A stretch of DNA of 64,000 nt from Podarcis liolepis (GCA_965112155.1 OZ218114.1), one strand, 5' to 3'. Positions 39,726 to 53,411 are shown, counted from the first letter of the stretch. Translations and numbers: made by a program. The notes: generated from the sequence alone by a model not told the origin.

Positions 39726-40877
39726 CCGTATTTTTCGCTCTATAACACGCACCTGACCATAACACGCACATCGTTTTTAGAGGAGGAAAACAAGGGAAAA
39801 AATATTCTGAATGAAACAGTGGACGTATCATTTTTGTGCTTCATGCTGTGGCCACAGACATGTGATCTGATGGTGAATTTGGGGTGACCCAATGCAAAAA
39901 TCCTGAGAATCCCTGTGGATCCATGCTTTGTAACCACGTTTTTGCACCATTGCAGCCCCAGGCAACAGTGGGTGCATGATTTTTTTGGGGGGGGGACAGG
40001 CTGTAGCCATGGACATGCTATGTGCTCTGATGGTGAATTTTGGCTGACCCAATGCAAAGATCCTGAGGATCCATGTGGATCCATGCTTTGTAACCACGTT
40101 TTTGCACCATTGCAGCCCCAGGCAACAATGGGTGTGTGATTTTGGGGGGGCAGGCTGTAGCCATGGACATGCTGTGTGCTCTGATGGTGAATTTGGGGTG
40201 ACCCAATGCAAAGATCCTGAGGATCCATGTGGATCCATGCTTTGTAACCACATTTTAAGTGGGGAGGGAAGGAAAAACACAGAAGGCTAAGAATGCAGGA
40301 GAGGGCTATAACGTGAGGAAAGGAAGGCAAAAGTTTCCCCCCACCCACCCACACAAGCCAGCCACTGTTTAAGGATTTCATCCTTTTAAATGGAAGAAAG
40401 CATATTTGAATGCTGTGTGTCTCCAAAAACAAAAAGCAGGAAGTCAAATCAGAATTTTAAGCCGAACCTGTAATCTCTCTTCCCTTCACATACATTGTTC
40501 CCTCCGGAGCAGGGACAGGATAGAGCGACGCTCTGCTCTCCTCTCTACTTGCCTGGAGGGGAGGGGCTTTCCCTGCTCTTTGTTCGGACGCTCTGCTTTC
40601 CTCTCTACTTGCCTGGAGGGGAGGGGCTTTCCCTGCTCTTTGTTCCGTTTGAGCAAACACAGCAACGAAACAGAGCAGGGTGGGCAGTAAGACCCTGAGG
40701 CAGAATGAAGGAACAGCAGCTTCCTGTCTCACGGAGCTCCCTTCTCCCTGAAGCGCGGTTTGATTTTTGCCTTATTTTTCGGCTCCAGGGACCACACATT
40801 CGCTCCATAACACGCACAGACATTTCCCCTTCCTTTTTAGGAGAAAAAATCTGCGTGTTATAGAGCGAAAAATACGG
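39726..40877. mobile_element. Non-autonomous Tc1/mariner (pogo-like) element with internal tandem repeats
   Basis: 26-bp perfect TIR CCGTATTTTTCGCTCTATAACACGCA, TA TSD; internal ~154-160-bp unit x~2.6 and 60-bp unit x2. Confidence 0.92.
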
Positions 40878-41442
40878 TATATATACCAGAACAATTCTAT
40901 GTTAAGGAGTTCAGTAAGAAAAGTGTTCATCCAGCCTTTGTGCTGCTATTTCTTACTCTTGTACATCTCTTTTAGAAAGAGAAAAAGAAAAACAGTCACA
41001 AGAACACATCCACCTACTTCTGGCTATCTTCATTTCAGTTATAGCTGTTTCATCTTTCACTTTTGATATTAATACACAGCTAACTTAATCTTTCATATAG
41101 ATAAAAGTACAGCAAAGAGTGCCAACAATGCAGTCAAAGGTTTGATTGCTGACCACTACCATAAAACGCGAAAGTTGTAAACAAATGTCCAAGTGTAGCA
41201 GGAACATTTTATCTGCCTTGCCTGTTCATAACACATAAAAAGTATGTTTATAAAATTCACTTCAGAGAGGACTATAGGGATTAATATTTAGCTTGGGGAG
41301 TGAGATGACCTTTCCTGCCTGTTTGTTAAGGTTTCAACCTAATACTAGATTGTTTAGGTGCTTGGGGTTCCTCTTTCTTATTCTGTTGAGTAGGGCCCCG
41401 AACTTTGGTCTTAAAGTCCTGCCCTGAAAGCACCACTGAGAG

Positions 41443-41795
41443 CAGTGGTTTGCAAACTTCTTTTCTCCACAAACCACTTGCTAATTATTTATTTTGCCCA
41501 TTTTAGCAATTGTAATGAGCTGTGCTAGAGTCTGTATGATATTTGAATGTGTTTTTATTTATTTAGTATTAGATACTGTATTTTATTGCATTCCATAGAA
41601 TTCAAATTCTAGTATAGTAAAATACAATAGAAGAAATTTAAAAAGCAATTCAGTACAATTAAATATCCATATGAATACTTAATAGGATGGATTTGCTGTC
41701 TTCCAGCTTCAACTGGAAATCCACAGGCACACTGTGGAGAACCTGAATGAAGCTCGCAGACCATTGGTGGTCCACAGACCAGTCTGGAAACCTCT
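41443..41795. mobile_element. Degraded hAT-type MITE
   Basis: CAGTGGTTTGCAAACTT...GTCTGGAAACCTCT, with an AT-rich palindromic interior. Confidence 0.55.
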
Positions 41796-41801
41796 ATCTT
41801 G

Positions 41802-41952
41802 GCAGCTAGATAACTCAGTTGGTTAGCACGTGGTGCTGATAACGCCAAGGTTGCAGGTTTTATCCTTGTAAAGGACAGCTGCCTATTCTGGCATTGCCAA
41901 GGGTTGGACTAGATGATCCCGAGAGTCCCTTCCAACTCAGATTCTATGATTC
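41802..41952 (+). mobile_element. tRNA-derived SINE with CR1-type tail
   Basis: TAACTCAGTTGGTTAG A box, tRNA-like head, tail cccttccaactc...attctatgattc. Confidence 0.8.
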
Positions 41953-42693
41953 AAGATCCATCAGAGTAGTTGGCAGGGTTGCTGAAAGGGGTATATTGCT
42001 GTACTGGTCCCAGAGCCGCATGGGACCCAGACCGAGTCCTTTAAAAAGTAAATCTCTAGCCCACTCTACTAAAGTTTCAAGCACAATGGAAAAGCTATAA
42101 AGAGCACCTGGTAGTAATTCTACAGCCTGCTTGAATGTTTTGCTCAAAAAGCAACTTATTGGGATAAAGTCAATACTGCTTAGTCTGTTGTAAGGAAGGC
42201 CTGACCGGGTACTAAAGTGTCAAGATGGCTGAAATGCTTTTGATCTGGCCGTTTTTCTTCCCATGTGCTTTGTTCTCAGTCTCCTTCCAAAGTTCCTAAC
42301 TAGGATCGGTTCTTTAAAGGCAGCTTCCTGTGTACATTTTCAAATCTTATTTTCTGTCTTCATGGCACCGGCATTAAGCAGAGAGATACTACAAGTGCAA
42401 GAGGCAGAATATTATGTTTTCAGTAATGCCACCAAACAGCAGACATTTTTCACGAGTAACATACAGAGATTTACTACTAAAAATTAATGTAGTATCCCAC
42501 TATCACTCAGTGCTATACAAGAAGTGAACTTAAAATTCATGTGCAGATTTTGCACAGTTTAAGCAATGAGTTAAAGGTTTTCAGAATTAGAACAGGGTAA
42601 CAGAAAATAATCAACCACCTCATGGGACCACTTTCCACACATTATTCTTATCAATTTAAAAATTCAAGTCCACCTACAGAAATTAAGCTAGAT

Positions 42694-44080
42694 CAGTGTT
42701 TCCCAACCACTGTTCCGCGGCACACTAGTGTGCCGCGAGATGTTGCCTGGTGTGCCGTGGGAAAAATTAAATTCGAAAGATTTTTTTTTTTAAAGTCAAA
42801 TTTTCGATTGGGGCGCCGTCACTAGATGACCCCTGGGGTTCCCTCCCTCCCTACCGCTCTACGCCTCCCTCCTCCTCCTCCTCTGGGGAGGCCCTTCCTG
42901 GCTCTCGGCCAAGGCTTGGCGGCTGCCACTCACTCACTCGCTCGCCCACCCGTCCCTCCATCCCTGCACCCGGCCTCTCCCCCTCCGTCCCCGGCGCAGG
43001 GGCTGCCGGGATCCGTAGTCCCCTCGCCCTTGGGCTCCGCGCCCGCGCGGGGTGCGCAAACTACGTTTCCCAGCGTGGCCTGGCGGGCCGGGCGTTTTGT
43101 TTGAAGCGCTCTTCTCCCGGCCATGGAATGAGCGCAGCGGCAGCGGCCGGGCGGGCAGGGGCTCTTCCGCGCAGACCCCGCGCAGCCTGCCTGCGCCCCC
43201 GCGGAGATCGGGCGGCAGCATGGAGCCCGGGGATCCCCGCGGAGGCGGGGAGGCGGAGGCTGCCCCCCAGGTAGGGCTGCGTCGGGGGGGACACATCGGA
43301 CCGCGGGGAGACCCCTTGGCGGGCGTGCAAGGCAATGCATGCGTGCAGGCGTTGCATGGAGTGCAGTGCAGTGCAATGGCAACGCGGCGCCCTGCATGCA
43401 TGCATGCAACTTCCACCGGCGCTCCGGACTTGGCAGGTGAGGGGGGTTCCCAGTGGGCGGCAGAGAGAGCCGGGAGGGCGAAGGGGAGCCGGGGAGGGAG
43501 CAGCGCTGCTCCCCGAGCCAAGCCCGGGGGGAAACTTCGGCGTCGTTGCGCTGGGTGTTGGAAGCGGAGGCTGGCGGGGGGCCCCTCACCTGCAAAACCT
43601 GGTCGCCTCTCATATATTTCGTGCATTGCATTCATCGCCCGCTTTCTCCTCCAAGGAGCTCCCGGGGGCGCGCGTGGTTCTCCCCGTGTTATCCTCGTAA
43701 CAACAGCCCTGCGAGGTGGGTCAGGCGAGTGGCCCAAGGGAGCACCCAGGGATTGTCCTGGCCAGGTGGGGTGATTTGAACCCTGCTCTCTGCCCGGTCT
43801 TCGTCCTCATTTAGCCCCCACATGTGCATGACTGTGCATGACTGCGGTTTTCCCCCCTCGTCTTGGCTATGGTGTGAGTCTGTGCTGTTAATTAATGGGG
43901 TTCTGCCTTCGGAGAAGATGAGCCAGCCCTCAAGGAGGTGATTATGTAATTTGCTAGCAATTCATGTCCCTCCTGGCGTGACGCTGCGCGCTGACGTCAC
44001 GGGGCTGTAATGGTGGTGTGCCTCGAGATTTTTTTAATGAAACAAGTGTGCCTTTGCCCAAAAAAGGTTGGGAAACACTG
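42694..44080. mobile_element. 1387-bp non-autonomous hAT (Charlie/Buster-like) element carrying a CpG-island-like cargo
   Basis: 15-bp perfect TIR CAGTGTTTCCCAACC; perfect 8-bp TSD AGCTAGAT at 42686-42693 and 44081-44088 with central TA; no transposase; very GC- and CpG-rich interior. Confidence 0.93.
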
Positions 44081-45969
44081 AGCTAGATAAAAAGAAAAAG
44101 GTTTTCCAATTGAAATTCAAATTATAAAAAGTAGATGTTAATTTGGTGTGTGTGTTAAATTCTGTGCTGGAAAAATGTTTTCAAACCAGAGACTAACATC
44201 AGGTATTTGGATCAGTGGTGCATTCTGGAAACTTGTTCAGCTCTTGCTTCTTGACTGCCTCAGTTGAACATCATGTAGAAGAAACGGCACATGAAAAGCT
44301 GAGAAGTTAGTTTCTATTTGTCCCAAGTTTTTAGCTTTCTAGAAGGCTATTGTATTTCTATTTCAAAACTGGGGGTCTTTTCAACCTGGACCAAACAAAA
44401 CATTTCACCAAACAAGAAATGTTAGTTATGCAAACATTTTCAAGAATATAAAGTAACATACAAATTTAGGATGGCTAGTTGTCTGCAACACTGATATGTT
44501 TGCGTGTTATTAAAGAATCCAGTATTACAAAGCTTGCTCAATACCCAAATGCACCATTAGTCCTCATTGGCCACTGTAGTTCCACCTTGGTTTCCACTAA
44601 AGGTGGTATTTAAAAACAACAACCCCTATGACAGCAATATTGTACATAACAACCTGGGATTAAGAGCCACTGAACTGAGAAAGGCTACTTCAGAGTAAGT
44701 ATGTGTGGTGTCAGACTATGGATCACCTTTATTTCAACCCATTTTTACAAGAATCTATCTGAGGTTCTCTTGAGATGGGACCAGATTATCAAGTTGTCAA
44801 TTGCTCAGGGAGAATTTACAGGATATTTCCTTTGTAAAAAAAAAATTATCCACCAAGACAAGCAACTCTCCCACCATGGATTTGTTATATGCATCACTTT
44901 TTTACAAAATAAAATTAATTTTAAATATCTATCTGTTTCACTAGCATTTATGAGGTAAAGGGATTTTGCTCCTTTAAGCAAGAATTCTCTGTAAAAATGT
45001 TCACAAAGTTTACTTTCAAGCACCGGCACCTCCTTCTCACTTTTGCTTTTCCATTATGATCCCATTAATGCATTCAGTATATGTAATCACGGGATACAAT
45101 TTCATGTACATAAATGTAAATGCTGCTTTAGATCCCAATTCTACTAGGAACTAAACTAAAGCCTTGATCTCTTGTAAGCAGTGATGAAGCCGCCATTATT
45201 TTAAAAAGTAATCTTACTTCTCCCCTTTTAAACACTCACACAGAATTGTCTCAAGTTCCTGTTCACAATATAAGGACCGGGGTGGGTGGGTAGTATTTTG
45301 GCACAGTAGTTTTGAATGCGTATTGACCCAAAAAATGGAGAAAAACACAGTAAAATATGGTCTCAAAAAACTCCATATGCTTAAAAACTAACATTAAAAC
45401 TGGGTCCCTCTCATAAGCATGATATAAAAATGCAAATACATAACTAAGTATTTTCAGACATGGGGAGGGGAGCAAGATATTCTCATCTTCCAAAGGGAAA
45501 TGGCACTAAACATCCTGGCTAGCTGCTGTTCTTCAAAGTTTTGATGAGGACACAAATACCAAGCACCAACACAATGATTTGGACCTGGAGAAAACTGGTG
45601 GCTTCGTTTAAGGAAAACACTGGACAGTCCCTTCTGAATTCATGTAAAGGGTGACTGAATGGTTTGATTAAAGTCGTATTTCTTTAAAGAACCTGAGCTC
45701 TGCCAGATCAGATCAAAGGTCCATCTAGTTTCTGTTTCCCACAGTGACCAACCAGGTGATTTGCACAGCCTACAAGCAGGACATGATGGCAGTAACTTTT
45801 GTCTGCTGTTCATCTGCAACTGGTAGTTAGTGGCATACTGCCTCTGACTTTAAAAAAAAAAATTATTCTCCATCCCATCTGTATATGTCCTAGTAAAGGC
45901 CTGATCCCACATCTTGAAAGCTGCAATCCTGAAGTAGACTTAATTGGATGTTAGACACAGTAGTAGCAA

Positions 45970-45980
45970 TAAATAAATAA

Positions 45981-46019
<39 letters not shown>

Positions 46020-46034
46020 TATTATTATTATTTA
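45970..46034. repeat. (AAT)n run abutting a (TTA)n run
   Basis: Read directly; the (TTA)n run is the tail of the adjacent L2. Confidence 0.9.
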
Positions 46035-46290
46035 TACCCCACCACTCTGGGCAGCTTCCAACTGAATATTAAAAGCAATACAGCATCAGACATTAAAAAC
46101 ATCCCTAAACAGGGCCACCTTCAGATGTCTTTTAAAAGTAAAATAGTTGTTTATTGCCTTGACATTTGCTGGGAGGGCATTCCACAGGGCAGGCACCACT
46201 ACTGAAAAGGCCCTCTGCCTGGTTCCCTGTAACCTCATTTCTCGCAGCGAGGGAACCGTCAGAAAGCCCTCAACGCTGGACCACAGTGTA
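46019..46290 (-). mobile_element. L2 LINE 3' end (5'-truncated)
   Basis: Minus strand agggccttttcagtagtggtgcctgccctgtggaatgccctccc encodes RAFSVVVPALWNALP; tail ends in (TAA)n. Confidence 0.85.
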
Positions 46291-49200
46291 GGGCTTGCTT
46301 CTAAGTTAACATGCTCGGGGTTTCACTCTATTGCAGAAAACAATTCCTGAAGTTACTTCTACAGTTTTTAAATATAATATTGAAATATAATATTACGCTT
46401 AAAGAATAGATCATACTTAAAGTTTGGTAGGGTATATGCAAACCTAATCTAGGGAGTTGGTTGGTTAATCTGTTTTGCAGATCATATATTGAACTGCTGG
46501 CCCTAATAACAGCTATGCTGTTGGTTTTCCTGTATGAGCAAAACATACACCCAAATGCCACACACAAAAACCCTCTCACCCTTTTCTATAAGTGTGAATG
46601 TGTGTGTGTGTGTGTCTGTCACAATTCCTTGAGTGATAATCACCTGATATTTTAATACACTTTAAGAATTACAGTGCAAGTAATTAACAAGGCAGATATC
46701 CATTAGATTAAAAGGAAGGTATTTAAAATTCCTCAGTGCAATTTGCATGTGCACTACAGTTCACTGTAAGAAAAATTAAGTCACTCAAAGATGGAAGGCA
46801 ATTTGTAACATGAAAAGATTCAAACTCTTAAGTTTATTCAGAGAAAACTGATTTTTCAATCTTTCATTTCCTATTAGAGGAAAGATAAGAGAGAATGCCT
46901 AATGACCCAAGTTCTGCACTACCTGTTCACATTTCTACTGCTATTTTATTAGTCACATCTTCCCTGACTTGCCTCATTACACCAGCACTGCAGCTGTCCG
47001 TATACCTTTGAAAGGCAAAACAATATAACCATTTTGAAAAGGGTACGTCCGATTTATTTATTATTAGAGAAATTGGAGAAATTGGTAATTTGATCCAGGT
47101 ATATACATAGTGCTTGAGAACAGCCCTCATTAGTTATTAATAATTAAAAAGTATATTTATATTGCTTGACCCAAGCTCTGGAAAACTGAAGCTTTGGCCC
47201 AGCAAGAAATTGTGGAAAGAGGAATGTTGAAGGCTGTATTTTAATTAATGAAGTGGCACACTTAATCACCACACTTCCCTACAATTTATATGGGCTCTTC
47301 AGTTACTGGAACAGATAATAACTTGAACAGATTCATATCTGATTAGTTTTTTAACGTCAACACCAGATACAGTAAATCATATGGGGTTGGAGGGGAGTTA
47401 TGTAGAGAAAGCTTGTGTGCCACTAATGGCCAGCCAAGCATCTGGCACAGAAATTGGTGACCATATCTGATTTCCCTTGGTTACAACAATAAACAGCGAC
47501 AAGGTCTAAAAGTCAATCAAACAGAATGCAACAGAATTGGATGGTAGGACTTACAAAGAGGCAATACTCTCCCTTATATGCATTCCTATGTAGTTAGCCC
47601 ATCTCATCCAAATCATAACATGCTGCAAAGAGAACACACCATCATGGTGTTACGAGTTCTCATTTTTCATGGTCAAGGAGAAAAACATCATCACATTTTA
47701 AGCCACTTAGCAACTCAGTGCAGTACACACCAGTTCTCCATGGATTACTTATCTGGATTACATGCAGTGACTGAGTGGGATAAGAGAAAGCCACTCATGG
47801 GCAAAATGTTCTGCTTGGAGGAGGTAAGTCTTTCGGCAAGACAACCATACTACAACTACAGAATTCTGTAAAAATAGTCCACCTCTGACCAGCTGCAGGA
47901 TTACATAAAGCAGATCATACTGAAACAGTATGAACAAAAAGATGTATATTCCATCTTAAATCAAGCATTATTTTTGTTACCTGACAATAACTATGAATTC
48001 ATTTCCAAAAGGAAATGGATTAAAACATATGCATTAAAGAGAAAGGACAGATACCGTAAGTCAATAGTAATTAAAGTAGGAAAATTTTTGATTGCATCAA
48101 TTAATCACTGATTACAAAATAGAGTGTTCTCCTCAGAAGCATCTCCTGATAAAGTCTGATTAGTACCGGTGGACAATACAATCTATAAACATCTTCTGAT
48201 CCAGGCACAGAGATGTTCCAAAGAATAAAATGCTTGGGATGTATCCAACTAAATTTTCTTAAGAGTAGACACACAGTAAACACATTTAAATTAACGGACC
48301 CAAATTAGTCAGCCATTATTTTCAACGGGTCTACTCTGAATAGGATTAGCACTGGATACAATCCTATGGTCACCTTAGGTGTTCTCATCTTAATTTACTG
48401 GTTACATCTCTATATTGTCCTTCCTCCAAGAAGCTTTGAGCTGTATGCCTTAGGACTGCATTGTTGGTAGATAAAGCAAATAGACAATGGCTGAATTTAA
48501 ACAATATTGTAACGATGGTTACAAACATGGCTTACAGCAGCTTGCCTGCATTGCTTTTTATCATCTTTGCTTTGCAAGTTCACTACAAGGAAGTAGCCTC
48601 CAGAAGCAGAACATTGTTTTAAGCTATAGTTTATTGATTCAAGCATCACACCAAACCACAGTCTGCAAGTCCCCTTCAAACCATTTGTTTAAAGTTGTGG
48701 TTTGCCAGCTGATGCCTTGTCAGTTCAGACATGTCATTAAATTATCATTAAGCTTCAAACACTGTTGACTAGCTTTCCTAAACCCACTCAGTGAGCTGCA
48801 AGGCAGAATTCAAACCTGATCCCATTCCCCACACCTAAACCCAACACTTTAGCCCCTAAACAACCATTGCTCTCAAACAGCCCCAATTGTTAATCTGCTT
48901 TAAGTCCACAATGTAGATATCCCTTCAAGTTCCATTTCAGCACTAGCTGAGCACTGATTTTCTGTGTCCAATCTCTAACAAAGATACACTTTAAATACTT
49001 CAGAAGCAAAAATTATGAAAAGCATTATGAAAATTATGCTGAAGAGAATGCTAAAATCATCTAAAACAGTAAGGTTAACATTTCCATGATGTGTCAAAAA
49101 AAGAATGGGAAGAGAAATTTGACATCTCAGAAACAATAGCTTCACAGATGCTTGGAGCACCAGTAAGTGGCTCCCTCAGAGAAAACCTTTTTGTTCCAGA

Positions 49201-52200
49201 AGATCCATCCAAAAACTTGTGGGACACATTAAGCTTAAACAACTCATTGCTGGTTAAGCTGAGCACACACAATGTTTCAGAATTGTCAGAACAATTGCTT
49301 CATTTAATACCTCAACTTAAAAGGCACATTTCAAATTGTCCTCCTAATGCGTTATCAGACACTACTTTACAAGAGCAACCTCTTAAGACTGCAATTTTTT
49401 ATTTATCAAACATTCCAACATTCTTAACACTGTAAGCATAACTAAACCACCTAAAAGCACTGCAGGAATTTGGATGGATGAAATTTTAAAATAGTGTTTG
49501 GAATGAAGTTGACAGTACTCAAACTGACACTTCCTAATGTTGACTGTAAGAAAACTTAGAACAGAATGGCTAAAAATATATTGTGTTGACAGATCAATTT
49601 ATTTGGGAAGCTGTCACTAACAGAAGTAATTAAATTATTTGTATGATTTTTTCAAGTTCTTACAAGAGGGGGGAACTAAATGTATTTTGGATTGAACTTA
49701 TAAATTTCAATTATACTAAATCTACAATTATGCAATGGCTACTACCCACAATGGTGTATTCTACCTCCAGAGTTGGAGGCAGTATGTCTCTGAATACCAG
49801 TGGCTTGGAATCAATGGGAAGAATCCTGCTACATTCAGGTCCTGCTTGTGGGCCTCCCCTTGGGTATCTAGTTGGCTACTGTGAAAACAGGGCGCTGAAC
49901 TAGATGGGCCTTTGGCCTGATCCAGTAGGGGTTTTCTTTTCTCTTTAGCCAATGTTTAAAAAGGAAAGCTGGTTAAAAGTCTACATTTGCCATAAAACTG
50001 AGTCATGACATACCAAACAGCAATTTAAATGTTCTGTAATAAAATCATATACAGACATATCAAACTTTTGAACTGAAGCATTATAAGAAACATAAGTAGT
50101 AATACATAATATTTCAGTTATTGTGTGCTTTCTATGGGACCTAGGGACTAGGGTGTGAAAGGTGTCACATCTCAGGAGATGCCATCATGTGTCTCATCAG
50201 GATGGGACCCACATTAATTTTCTTGTACTCCTATCATCAAAGTATCTCAACTCTACCATGTTTTCTGTTCTCAAATTATGAGTGTTTACAACAGCTAAAC
50301 AGCACTGACACTTCCATCTCATTGATAAATACTTTTTGAGTAACTACCACCAGTTCCTTTTCAGGAAAGTTCTGAACACTTACTTCTGAGACTGAGCTGT
50401 AAATATCACTTTGACTGCATTCTGAGCCTTCAAGCAAGTGATCTTGCTTAGTATTCTCATATATATGTAGAGTCAGACAAAGCCGAATTCTAGTTAAGCA
50501 GGTATAATTTTGCAGTGCAAAAGACATATGGGCTGCAAGGCCAAATGTTTTAAATTGTAATCCTATAATGACTCATTTAGTTATCAGCCAATATGTGGTA
50601 ATTGTTATAGCAACTAGTTTGCAGGCATGCTGTTCAAAAAAAAAATATCAGAAATGGGAAACTTGATTTACAATAATGATTTAAATCGTCCTGATGCATG
50701 TCAATTTTTAATAGACATAGATGTTTCTCTTCTAATGGGGTAGCCTTGAATGAAGACATTTGATTCCTAGCTGTGTATTTGTATTCAAGAGAGTACACTG
50801 TCAAAGAGTAGCAGCAGCAGTAAAGTCTGTCAAACTCCTAGCAGTCCTTTAATTTTCCTCTTAAAGTGCATGGTAGACTAGATTAGGTGACGTATAAACC
50901 AAACATGTTCCATCTGAAACCCCACCTTAATTAGCAAACACCATACATTAACAATTAATGACTGCCCAGCCCAGATTATTGCAATTGAACCCACAACTTC
51001 CAAAACCAGAACTCTAATTTATAGTCTCAATCCAGGTTTATCCTATTTAAGATACATTGCCCCATGTTCAAATAAAGACACTATTAATCTTCCATTAAAA
51101 GTAGTGCTAAGGCAAGTGTAGTACTCAAGAGTAGCTAAGCATCCTTTCCCTTATTTTACAGTTGACAGAAGCAGAGTTCCAATTATGACTGGTAGCATAC
51201 AAGGTTAACTCAACAGGCCGTGTGTATCCTATTCACTATATTATTGCTAAAAAGTACAGCAATACAAAAAAAGTTAAGAATCTGACTGGACTTGGATCTG
51301 GGCTCTATTCTCCAAGAAGCCATAAATTCACTTTATGAACTCTTAGATTGCAATTCTAAATGCACTAATGAACAGTGAGACCTCTGCCCAGATATGATTC
51401 CATTTGTACAGCTGATTCCATGACTCAGCTTACAGCACTGACAAAGATTATGCATAGCATAATGTAGCTATATTACAAAACAATTTAAGGTACAATTTAA
51501 AAGGGAAAGAATGGAAATTGCAGAGTACAACATCATAAACCAGAAAGATTTTTACAGAGGCTGAGAAACATGACAATGCATCCTTTTACTAGGGAAGGTT
51601 TCCCATACTTCTAAGAGACATGATAAGCACACACACACCAGGATGCAGAAGTTCACCCCAACATTCACAACATAATGTTAAATTTTATGCTAATATAATG
51701 ACAGCCACAATCTTTGTTCTGTATTCACCATGTGTCAGATATGAACTGTCCACCCATAAACAGGCACTGAAAAATATAGAAAGGGTCAAACCTTTTTGCC
51801 ACCTGAAATGTAAATACCACAGGCTAGAACAGTAGGCATCCTTAGAAGTCTTATAGTAGTACCGTTTGGAAGTAAACAACAACAAAAACACCAAAAACAG
51901 ATTTTCCTAATGACAACTTTATTCACAAAATAAAAGCACCTCAACACTGAGTATCACTATATATAATAATTAAGACCCTTTTAATTTCTGGATTATAGTC
52001 AAAGGCAATGTGTGACATTCTAACCCAAAAGAAAGGATATTAAATCTTGCCACAAACTTTGCAAAACATTTAAAACGTGTTCCATTTTAGGTTGCACTTC
52101 AGCAAGGCCAAAAGGAAGATTATATAATCAACAAGCAAATCATATAGGCATATAATAAGCTAAAAAGACTACCTATATAACTATATATCTATATATAAAT

Positions 52201-53376
52201 AAGCCTTGAAAGTGGGAGGAGGAGACAGAACAGGACCTATAATCCTATTAATTCCCATTTTTTTCTTTGCATATATGCATTTTCTTCTTGTGTTAAGTGT
52301 GAGTATTCAGGGTCAACCCAAATCTCAAGGTCAATGGTTTTAGTCAATTTAGAGTTTGAGTCCCCTAATACAATAGACACTCTAGCGAACAACCAAACTA
52401 TTTGGTTTAAAGAAATGCAGGAAACAGTAGCCACTCATAAAAGAAATGCTAAAAAATTATACTGTATATGGTACAGTTTAATCCACACCCATATTGATAA
52501 GAATCAAATTGTGCTTTGTCCGATACAATCTATGTATATTCACCCTTGTTAAGAATTGGATTTGGCATGACAAAGATTGAATATCAATGAGAACACTGCC
52601 ATCCTTCATTAGGTAAGTGTAAAGAAAGATGGAACATCATGTTTACCATTCCATCAGAGTATTTTCCATATCCTTTTGTCCTACATTTTTTCTGTACTCT
52701 TTAAAAATGTGTCAAAGGATAACAGTGCTCAATTTGATCATATTTGTGGAGAGAAGACAAGACAAGACAGAGTGTAAAGGTAACACTCTGCTACAGAAAC
52801 CCACCACAAAATGTAAGAACAAATGAAGTCACCATTCACTAATGTAGAAATTTGATATGTACTATGTGTGTAAATATATCATATCCCAAATGAAGTAAAA
52901 AAGTGAAAATCTGTGTCAATCAGAAAGATAATCAAACAACAACAAAAACCCTTGCTTTCCAACATTGACTGGCTACTTTACTGCTAGACAAATCAAGATC
53001 TATGGAAGGGGGGTGGTGAGATAAATAAAGACTACTACATTCACTTGATTTCTATACCACTAGACTCCTCCCTAAAGAACAGACTTCATTGTTACTGCAA
53101 TTACTATACCTTCCACTCCAGCAAAAACACAAGCAGAAAATGGGTGGTGTGAATGCTATGAAAAGGGTAATCTAGCCATTTCACAGCTTCTGCCTTACTC
53201 CACCCAGTTTTCTCCTCAATGGCTGTGCTCGCTGTACTCGCCCTCCATAAACACAATCCAACCAAACAAGAACACACAAAACATTACTGACAAACTAATG
53301 TATCTGTGGCAGAGGCTTTTGTTAAAAGTGTTCTCTTTGTTCAAAATATCTGATTCAGGGATATTCTAAACCACTT

Positions 53377-53378
<2 letters not shown>

Positions 53379-53411
<33 letters not shown>
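53379..53411. repeat. (AAT)n microsatellite
   Basis: Read directly. Confidence 0.95.

Noticed and set aside
39740-40447. Repetitive ORFs, or a CRISPR-like array
   Set aside because: Head-to-tail tandem units with no unique spacers, inside a eukaryotic DNA transposon.
41802-41880. tRNA gene
   Set aside because: B box is degenerate and the sequence runs into a SINE body and tail; the same applies to 24320 and 35615.
43123-43131. ATGGAATGA identical to the first 9 nt of LIS1 exon 2
   Set aside because: A 9-mer match with no flanking similarity is expected by chance.
42826-43779. 233-267-aa ORFs on both strands inside the hAT element as a transposase or novel protein
   Set aside because: No hAT transposase motifs; GC-content artefacts. 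Only the short ATG-to-donor units were kept as hypotheses.
49091-49435. 114-aa ORF with protein-like composition
   Set aside because: No recognisable family, GTG start, no splice context. It could be an ancient TE remnant but this is unsupported.
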